Shown here: in pieces, positions 8,329 to 15,101 of the stretch
Layout of the letters: the number at the start of each line of letters is the position of its first letter
Position numbering within the stretch: the first letter of the stretch is position 1
DNA from: an uncultured Gemmatimonadales bacterium
Lineage (GTDB): Bacteria > Gemmatimonadota > Gemmatimonadetes > Gemmatimonadales > GWC2-71-9
Assembly (NCBI GenBank): GCA_963815325.1
Contig: CAWFGG010000002.1
Location: forward strand, 709,472-773,471
Length of the DNA stretch: 64,000 bases
Direction: 5' to 3'
Program-made: the position numbers and the translations under genes
Notes under the pieces: generated by a model
The model's input: the letters and a program-made list of their open reading frames with translations, nothing else
Told to the model about the DNA's origin: nothing
Databases searched by the model: none

Positions 8329-8349
8329 CTCCCTACTCCCTACTCCTCC
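8329..8349. repeat. short heptamer tract CTCCCTA CTCCCTA CTCCTCC
   Basis: Read directly. Related to the CTCCTTA tract next to copy A. Confidence 0.6.
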
Positions 8350-8425
8350 CGCCTTCCCGCCTCGCCGTGTGCAAATCTCCCCCCTAGACGCATCTCCCGC
8401 GCGAACAGTCACTCAGGAGGACGAA

Positions 8426-10693
8426 ATGTACCGCCAACTGACGCTCGTTGCCGCCCTGACGGTGGGGGCCGCGACGGCCTTGCCCGCCCAGGGGTGGGTT
8501 GAACTCGAGACCCCCCGGAGGCCCGGCATCGTCATGGGGCCGGTCGTTCGGGTGAGTTCCAACGTCCGGACCACCATCGATGGGCGCGTCGCCCGGGTCG
8601 AGGTGGAGGAGCAGTTCAGAAACACCGGCCCCAGCATCGCGGAGGGGAGTTACCTCTATCCTCTGCCCAAGAACGCCGTGTTCAGCGACTTCTCGCTCTG
8701 GATGGGCGAGCAGGAGATCACCGGTGAGATCATGAACGCCGATGAGGCGCAGAAGATCTACGAGGACATCGTGCGCCGGCTGAAGGACCCTGCCCTGCTT
8801 TCCTTCGAAGGCCACGGTCTCATTCGCGCTCGGGTCTTCCCCATCCAGGCGGGTGAGACGCGCCGGGTGAAGCTCCGCTACACGCAGGTGCTCGACCGGG
8901 CCGGCGATGCCCTCCGGCTGCGTTACAGCATCGGGCCGCGCCATCACGGACCCGAGCACGGCCAGGGTGGAACCGACGCCTCCTTCCGCGACAACTTCAG
9001 CTATCAGGTGACAGTTCCGAGCGCGGATGACATCGGGACACCCTATTCGCCGACCCACCCGATCGAGACCGAACGACGGAACGGCCGGTTGATCGTCACG
9101 TTGAGCCCCAATGCCGTCGGCGACGTAGATCTCTTCATTCCGCTCCGCCGTGGTTTGGTCGGCACCAGCATCCTGACCCACGCCCCTGGTGGTGAAGACG
9201 GCTTCTTCATGCTGCTCCTCGCCCCGCCGCACAACGAGACGGGCCAAGTGGTCCCGCGCGACCTTTCGCTCGTGGTGGACGTCTCCGGCTCCATGTCGGG
9301 GGACAAGTTGGAGCAGGCCAAGCAGGCTATGACGCAGGCCTTGGGGACGCTGCGCCCGGCGGACCGTTTCCAGCTCGTCGCGTTCTCCTCCGGCATCCGC
9401 CATTTCCGTGAGGGGTTCACCCCTGCCACGGCGGCCAACCTTGCTCAAGCCCGCCGATTCGTGGCAAATCTGACCGCGACCGGAGGCACCAATATCGCCG
9501 GCGCGCTCGACGCGGTACTCGGCAGCGCGGTTGCCGAGGACCGGTTGCCCATCATCGTGTTCATGACCGATGGGTTACCCTCGGTTGGCGAGCGGGAACC
9601 CGATCGTATCGCCGAAGCAGCGTCGAATCGGATCGGACGCGCGCGCATCTTCACCGTCGGCGTCGGCCACGACGTCAACACCTATCTGCTCGACCGGCTC
9701 GCGGTCGAGGGGCGCGGAAGCGCCGAATACGTCGCACCAGATGCCGACGTGGAGGTCGCGGTAGGATCGCTGCTGTCCAAGATTCAATTCCCGGCGCTGG
9801 TCAACCTGCGGATCGTCAGCTCGCCGGTCGAGTTCCGCCAGGACTACCCGGCCGAGCTTCCCGACTTGTTCTACGGCGAGGAATTGGTGGTGTTCGGCCG
9901 GTATCATGGCCAGGCCACCGGGACCGTGGTGATCGAAGGCGAGCGGAACGGCCGTCGAGAGCGGTTCACCGCCCGGGCAGCCTTCCCACGAAGCGAGCAT
10001 GACAACGACTACATCCCGCGGCTCTGGGCCGCGCGCAGAATCGGCGACCTGACCCGGACCATCCGGATCGAGGGATCAACCCCCGACCTGATCAACGAAG
10101 TGCGGGACCTGGGCCTTCGGTACGGCATCATCACGGAGTACACGTCCTACCTGGTGCTGGAACCGGGCATGCAACCAGGGGTGGCTCGGGATGACATGCG
10201 CCAGAACGCGCCCATGACCCCAGCGCTGCAAGGCGGGGCGAGACAGGCCCGGGCCCAAACCGGCCGGGAAGCATTCAAACGGGCCGAGGCCAGCTCGGAG
10301 ATGGCGAGTGCCAAGACCCTGGCCGCGGCAGATGCGGTCGCGGAAAGCCGCATGCGGGCCATAGGCGGCCTGTCGGATGAGCGGGAGGGAGATGCGGTGA
10401 ACGCCCGCGAGGCCCAGGTTCGCCGAGTAGCCGGCCGCCTGTTCGTGCGGCACGGTGCGACGTGGACCGACGCACGGCACAGCGATAGCCTCACGGTCAT
10501 CGAGGTCGCGCCATTCAGCGATGCCTACTTTGCCCTGGTCCGGGCACTGCCCGAGATCAGACCTTACCTTTCAACCGACGGCAGCGTGTTGGTCGCCGGC
10601 CGGCAGGTCAGCATCAAGTTCGCAGCAGCCGGGCTCGAATCGATGTCGGAACGCCGCATCAACCAGGTGGTTCGTATGTTTCGAGGTACATGA
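8426..10693 (+). CDS. secreted VIT-domain + von Willebrand factor A-domain protein
   Basis: ATG 8426 is preceded by 'aggagg' 6 nt upstream; the track ORF starts at GTG 8369. Signal peptide 'MYRQLTLVAALTVGAATALPAQG'. VIT-like N-terminus 'ARVEVEEQFRN...YLYPLP...FSLWMGE'. vWA MIDAS motif 'VVDVSGSMSG'. Confidence 0.85.
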   Translation: MYRQLTLVAALTVGAATALPAQGWVELETPRRPGIVMGPVVRVSSNVRTTIDGRVARVEVEEQFRNTGPSIAEGSYLYPLPKNAVFSDFSLWMGEQEITGEIMNADEAQKIYEDIVRRLKDPALLSFEGHGLIRARVFPIQAGETRRVKLRYTQVLDRAGDALRLRYSIGPRHHGPEHGQGGTDASFRDNFSYQVTVPSADDIGTPYSPTHPIETERRNGRLIVTLSPNAVGDVDLFIPLRRGLVGTSILTHAPGGEDGFFMLLLAPPHNETGQVVPRDLSLVVDVSGSMSGDKLEQAKQAMTQALGTLRPADRFQLVAFSSGIRHFREGFTPATAANLAQARRFVANLTATGGTNIAGALDAVLGSAVAEDRLPIIVFMTDGLPSVGEREPDRIAEAASNRIGRARIFTVGVGHDVNTYLLDRLAVEGRGSAEYVAPDADVEVAVGSLLSKIQFPALVNLRIVSSPVEFRQDYPAELPDLFYGEELVVFGRYHGQATGTVVIEGERNGRRERFTARAAFPRSEHDNDYIPRLWAARRIGDLTRTIRIEGSTPDLINEVRDLGLRYGIITEYTSYLVLEPGMQPGVARDDMRQNAPMTPALQGGARQARAQTGREAFKRAEASSEMASAKTLAAADAVAESRMRAIGGLSDEREGDAVNAREAQVRRVAGRLFVRHGATWTDARHSDSLTVIEVAPFSDAYFALVRALPEIRPYLSTDGSVLVAGRQVSIKFAAAGLESMSERRINQVVRMFRGT

Positions 10694-11190
10694 GTCACGA
10701 CATCGGTCAGTTGTACCAAGAGTACCACGGGTCCCTCGTCCGGATGCTCTACCGCCGGACGGGGGATCCGGACCGGGCGGAAGACCTGGCACAGGAGGTC
10801 TTCGCCCGGGCGGTGCAGGCTCCGCCAAGGAATCCACGACCGTGGCTGTTTGCAGTCGCGCTCAACCTGGTGCGGGAGGACGGACGCAAGGCCGTCCGGC
10901 AGGGCCGGCGGCTGGAACTCTACCGGGCGGAGACGACGCGCTCGGCGCCGGCGCCGGATACGGAAATGGAACGGGACGAGCAAATCGCCGACGTGCGTGC
11001 CGCGCTCGACCAGCTTACCGAGCGCGATCGGGAGGCACTCTTGCTCAAGGCGGAAGGGTTCAACTACGAAGAGATCGCCGCGACGCTGGGGCTGGCAAAG
11101 GGAGCCGTGGGAACGACACTCGCACGGGCCCGCCGCCGATTGGTCGAGGCGTATCACGGTGAAGGACGGAAAGACAATGCCGCACCCTGA
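10690..11190 (+). CDS. ECF (sigma-70 family, group 4) RNA polymerase sigma factor
   Basis: 166 aa. Region 2 'DRAEDLAQEVFARA' and region 4 HTH 'NYEEIAATLGLAKGAVGTTLARARRRL'. ATG overlaps the VIT-vWA stop (ATGA at 10690-10693). Confidence 0.85.
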   Translation: MSHDIGQLYQEYHGSLVRMLYRRTGDPDRAEDLAQEVFARAVQAPPRNPRPWLFAVALNLVREDGRKAVRQGRRLELYRAETTRSAPAPDTEMERDEQIADVRAALDQLTERDREALLLKAEGFNYEEIAATLGLAKGAVGTTLARARRRLVEAYHGEGRKDNAAP

Positions 11191-12436
11191 AGAAGGAATG
11201 TTCCACGCGTTGCTCGACGGAGAGTTGACTCCCGACGAGGTGCGCATCATCGAAGCCCACGTGGCGTCGTGCGCCGCGTGCGCCGGACGGCTCGAGGACG
11301 TGCGCGCCATTTTCGACGAGTCCACGGGCCTGGTGGAACGGCTGGAACTACCAGAACGAAAAGCCTCGGGCTCCTCCGCTCCACCACCCGACCTGGTCCG
11401 CGCCAAGCGAGCCCGGACCATCCCGAGTCAACGGCTCCGCACCTTGGCATGGGCGGCCACGGTGGTCATCGCCGCCGGCGCAGGATACCTGGCGGGCGAT
11501 TGGCGTCACCGCGTGCCCGGTCAAACACCGGCCTCCGCGATGAATGAGAGGGGCCAAGTTCCGGCCGTTTCCACTGAAGAGGCGATGCGCGACGAGGCAG
11601 CGAAAGCGGTAGTCCAGGCGGAACTCCCGAGGGCTAGCGAGGCGCGGCCTGCCGAACAAGAGCAACAGCGGGCCACGGGAAAGGACGACGACGCTCCGGT
11701 CCCCACCACCCCGGCGCCGGTCGATGCCGTGGTGGGCGGCGCGGCCCAAGGTGGAGCGGCGCGAGGCAACGTGAGCGGCAAGCCCGGACCCGAGTCTCCC
11801 GCGGCGCGCCGTGACCGTCTCGCCCAGGTCGCGAGGGCCGAGGAGCGCGATGCGGGGCGCGCCGCCGATGCGCCGGCGGTCCAAGCACCCGGAGCGGATG
11901 CCGCGGCATCCCGGGCCGCTGTCTCGGGGCTGGTCGAGGACGCCCGGCGCGAGGCCGACTTTGCGAAGGCCGCCGATGCGGCGCCGGCCGAAGGATTCAG
12001 GGCCCAGGTGACTCGACCCCGGCCCGTGACCCTGGAGGAGGCGGTCGATGCCTTGAACGGAGCGATCCGCCTCGTTGATGGTGCCTCGCTCACCCGCGTG
12101 GAGACGAGCGATCCGCCGGCCGTGCCCTGGGCCGAAGTCGAGGGTCCGCTGGTCAGGGTGGTCTATCGACTCGAAGGCGCCGAGGTCGTGCTCAGTCAGG
12201 TTCGGGTGAATCCGGGACGCGAGGGAGTCGCGGAACGAGCCGCCGCCAAGCGCGCGCTGGACGCCGTTGGGGATGTTGGCACGGTCCCACACCTCGCTCC
12301 CGGCGATACCCTCGTCGTAGCAGAACCGGGCGGCGGGTACCGGTTGTGGTGGCTGGACGGTTCCCGCCGGATCCTGTCACTGTCGGGGCCACTCGGCCAA
12401 GATGCCCTGAAACGGATCGTCGATCGGATCCGTTAG
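11177..12436 (+). CDS. zf-HC2 anti-sigma factor, single-pass membrane protein with a conserved C-terminal periplasmic domain (paralog 1)
   Basis: ATG 11177 lies inside the long track ORF 10850-12436 and overlaps the sigma gene end by 14 nt. 'HVASCAACAGRL' matches the H-x3-C-x2-C motif. TM segment 'LAWAATVVIAAGAGYLAG'. Ala/Arg-rich linker, then a C-terminal domain shared with the next two genes. Confidence 0.8.
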   Translation: MPHPEEGMFHALLDGELTPDEVRIIEAHVASCAACAGRLEDVRAIFDESTGLVERLELPERKASGSSAPPPDLVRAKRARTIPSQRLRTLAWAATVVIAAGAGYLAGDWRHRVPGQTPASAMNERGQVPAVSTEEAMRDEAAKAVVQAELPRASEARPAEQEQQRATGKDDDAPVPTTPAPVDAVVGGAAQGGAARGNVSGKPGPESPAARRDRLAQVARAEERDAGRAADAPAVQAPGADAAASRAAVSGLVEDARREADFAKAADAAPAEGFRAQVTRPRPVTLEEAVDALNGAIRLVDGASLTRVETSDPPAVPWAEVEGPLVRVVYRLEGAEVVLSQVRVNPGREGVAERAAAKRALDAVGDVGTVPHLAPGDTLVVAEPGGGYRLWWLDGSRRILSLSGPLGQDALKRIVDRIR

Positions 12437-12518
12437 GCCTGTCTCGGTCCTCGCCCGGCCCCGGTCCCGCGTGGTATCTTTGTAGGACCCCTTTGATTCA
12501 GGACCAGACGCCCGGACG

Positions 12519-13454
12519 ATGGACCACGTCACCGAAGAGACCCTCAAGAGCCTCCTGGAGAACCGGATGAGCCGGGTCGCCCAGGCACAGGTGCGTCATC
12601 ACATCAGCACCTGCTTCCGCTGCGAGGAAAAGGTGCGGCAGTGGCGGGCATCCATCGACGCACTGAGTGACGCTTCGGAGAAGGCCAGGACGCCCTACCC
12701 CAAAACCGAGGGCTCCGAGCCGACCATCCTCGTTCCAGCGAAGCCTGTCATTCTATCGAAGCATTCGCGATGGGCTGTCCGCTCGGTGTTGGCTGTCGCG
12801 GCGGTGCTCGTCGTGGCACTCGCCGTCGAGACCATCCGGCAAGACCGCCAACAAGAGGGTGGTGAGGGAGCCCAGGCAGGATCGCTCATCCAACGAAGCC
12901 AGGCGGCTCTTCAAGCCGGTATGGACAGCACGCTCGCCGTCCGGGGCTCTGCCCTCCCGGTACCTCCGACCGAGAGCGGCACATCGCAGGAGCCCACCGC
13001 TACGCCACCCGCCCCGGTTCGATCGGACAGCGCAAGTCCCGCCGCCGTGCCGAGACCGGTGCCGTTGGAGCCGGCGGCACCAACGGTCACGGGGCCCGGG
13101 TTCACCATGCTGACCGTGCGTGAGGCCATCGAGCGAACCGGCGGGCCGATCCTGCTCGTGCGGGGCCTCCTGCCGGACCACCTCGAGGTTGCCCCGGCAA
13201 GCGCAGTTCCGGGTGCCCTGCCCGGAAGCGAAGTGATCCGGGTGGTGTACCGGGAGCCGGGCGGCCGGATCTTGCTTCTGGACCAGCAGAAGATCCCCGA
13301 GGCCTACCGGTCCGGGCTCGCGGCCGACACCCTCATCGATTCGGACCCGGGTGGAAGGTCCATCGCCATCTGGGTGGGCGGCGATACCCGCGTCACCCTC
13401 TCGGGCCGGATAGACCCCGAAACCCTCATGGTCTTCGTGCGCCGGGTCGACTAG
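12519..13454 (+). CDS. zf-HC2 anti-sigma-like membrane protein (paralog 2)
   Basis: 311 aa. 'HISTCFRCEEKV', TM segment 'AVRSVLAVAAVLVVALAV', Pro-rich linker, C-terminal block 'EVIRVVYREPGGRILLLDQQ...TLSGRIDPETL'. Confidence 0.8.
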   Translation: MDHVTEETLKSLLENRMSRVAQAQVRHHISTCFRCEEKVRQWRASIDALSDASEKARTPYPKTEGSEPTILVPAKPVILSKHSRWAVRSVLAVAAVLVVALAVETIRQDRQQEGGEGAQAGSLIQRSQAALQAGMDSTLAVRGSALPVPPTESGTSQEPTATPPAPVRSDSASPAAVPRPVPLEPAAPTVTGPGFTMLTVREAIERTGGPILLVRGLLPDHLEVAPASAVPGALPGSEVIRVVYREPGGRILLLDQQKIPEAYRSGLAADTLIDSDPGGRSIAIWVGGDTRVTLSGRIDPETLMVFVRRVD

Positions 13455-13490
13455 CCGGGAGAAGAGGACCCGGTCCGATCGCCCGTCATT

Positions 13491-13524
13491 GGGGCCGTGA
13501 GCTAGATCACGGCCCCTTTTTCTT
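13491..13524 (+). terminator. canonical Rho-independent terminator
   Basis: Perfect 10-bp stem 'ggggccgtga'/'tcacggcccc', 6-nt loop, then 'tttttctt'. Confidence 0.8.
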
Positions 13525-13543
13525 GCCAGCGACATCATAAGGT

Positions 13544-14446
13544 ATGAAGCACCCCCCCGACGACGCCCAGGCCCACCTCGACCACCTGGAACTGGCTGCG
13601 GCCGTCGCGGGAAGGCTGGATCAGGTGAGCACACAGCGTCTGGTGCGGCATCTCCAGCAATGTGAAGCCTGTGCCACCGAGGCATACGCATGGGGTATCC
13701 ACCTCGATGACGAGGGCAACTTGAAGACGAGCCAGCCGTCCTCGATGGCGGCCCCTCATCGGATCCTCTTCCCGGTGGGTCATGCCGGCTACGACATGCC
13801 GACCCGGAGGCCGAAGCGCTCTCCGGCCGTGTGGTTGGCGGGGGTCTTGGTCATTACGGCGCTGGGGGCGGCGCTGTTGCTGCTGCCGCCGGCCGACGCG
13901 TCGCGGCCCTTGGTCGCCCACGATTCATCCGCCCCCGCCGCCGCGGGCTCCACGAATCTGCTCGCCGGCATGTCGCCGCCCATCGTCGCCGAAGCACCCT
14001 CCCTCTCCTCAGACCAAGAGTTCCCGGCGTCAGTGGCGCAAGCGATGGTGACGGCAGAAGTCGTGACCATGCCGCAGTTCCGGGTCATCACCCCGGAAGA
14101 GGCCAAGGCCAGGCTCGCCGGGTCACTCCGGACCATTCCCGCCCTGAGTCTCACGCGGGTCGAACTCGGGCCCGGCGCCGCCGTGCCACTCGCGCTGCCC
14201 GACATCGAGGTGATTCGTCTGGTCTATCAGTCTCCGACCGGGGAACTGTTACTGCTCGATGAACAGCGGCTGCCCGTGAACGCGGACCTCGGCGACGTGG
14301 GCATCGCCCCGGGCGACACGCTCATCTACAGCGACACGCGCGGCATCACCGTCGCGACGTGGCTCGCCAGCCGCACACTCAGACTGTCGCTCGCGGGGCA
14401 AATGGATCATGAGGCCATCCGCCAAATCATGACCGGCATCCGGTAG
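13544..14446 (+). CDS. zf-HC2 anti-sigma-like membrane protein (paralog 3)
   Basis: 300 aa. 'HLQQCEACATEA', TM segment 'AVWLAGVLVITALGAALLLL', C-terminal block 'EVIRLVYQSPTGELLLLDEQ...LSLAGQMDHEAI'. Confidence 0.8.
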   Translation: MKHPPDDAQAHLDHLELAAAVAGRLDQVSTQRLVRHLQQCEACATEAYAWGIHLDDEGNLKTSQPSSMAAPHRILFPVGHAGYDMPTRRPKRSPAVWLAGVLVITALGAALLLLPPADASRPLVAHDSSAPAAAGSTNLLAGMSPPIVAEAPSLSSDQEFPASVAQAMVTAEVVTMPQFRVITPEEAKARLAGSLRTIPALSLTRVELGPGAAVPLALPDIEVIRLVYQSPTGELLLLDEQRLPVNADLGDVGIAPGDTLIYSDTRGITVATWLASRTLRLSLAGQMDHEAIRQIMTGIR

Positions 14447-14464
14447 CCCACACTCGCTCCGCCC

Positions 14465-15001
14465 TCAGCCCTCTGGCGTTCGATCCCGAGGGATGGTGGT
14501 GATGCCCATCCCAACAACAAAGAATCCGTAGCCTGGATCGGCACCCGCAAGGAAACGGCGTTCGACATCGAATCGGAGCCCGATCGACGGTGCGATTTGG
14601 ATGATCGTTCCTGCTCCCGCATAGACATTGAAGGCACCACCACCGCCACCTTGCGCGACCGCGGCCAGCACCGACGCGCCTCCGCGGGCGAACACGGTCA
14701 CCCGAGACAGCCGGGCGGGCACGACCAATCCCACGTCGGTCAAGAACACCAGAGCCCCGTCGCTGAAGCCGGCCGGAAAGAATGAGAATGCGAAGTCCGC
14801 CCCGATGCCTTCCTTCGCGAGGTTGGTCGCTCGTAGGGTGAGGGTCGATGTGGCGAACTCGTCGAACCAGCCCACCCGCTGAACCGAACCACCAATCGCC
14901 CAACCGGCCGGCATTCGGGTGGGGGAGGGTCCCTGGGCCGCGAGCGTGCCCGACAAGGTCCAGGGAAGAAACAGCGTGAGCATGAAGGTGGCCTGCCGCA
15001 T
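14465..15001 (-). CDS. small secreted, Gly-rich, probable outer-membrane beta-barrel protein
   Basis: Start chosen at 'MRQATFMLTLFLPWTLSGTLAAQ' (signal peptide) inside track ORF 14465-15115. Alternating hydrophobic pattern. Function unknown. Confidence 0.55.
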   Translation of the reverse strand: MRQATFMLTLFLPWTLSGTLAAQGPSPTRMPAGWAIGGSVQRVGWFDEFATSTLTLRATNLAKEGIGADFAFSFFPAGFSDGALVFLTDVGLVVPARLSRVTVFARGGASVLAAVAQGGGGGAFNVYAGAGTIIQIAPSIGLRFDVERRFLAGADPGYGFFVVGMGITTIPRDRTPEG

Positions 15002-15041
15002 GGGATCGTCCTGTGTCAGGGTCACCGACACGTTGCACCGG

Positions 15042-15062
15042 ACCCGTGACCTACCCGTGACC
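15042..15062 (+). promoter_or_regulatory. two direct repeats 'acccgtgacc' with 11-bp periodicity, plus an inverted 'ggtcac' at 15020-15025, in the divergent intergenic region
   Basis: 15042-15051 and 15053-15062 are identical. They sit where a -35 would be for a possible -10 'tatctt' (15067-15072), 30 nt upstream of the BTAD regulator ATG. Confidence 0.35.
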
Positions 15063-15101
15063 CACCTATCTTTGAGGGATGCCAGGCCAGACGAGCCCTG
15101 A

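Noticed and set aside
10850-11176. The 528-aa reading of ORF 10850-12436 as one long protein overlapping the sigma gene.
   Set aside because: The first 109 codons are an out-of-frame read of the ECF sigma gene (Arg-rich). The anti-sigma signature begins at ATG 11177 with its own 'gaagga' SD-like site.
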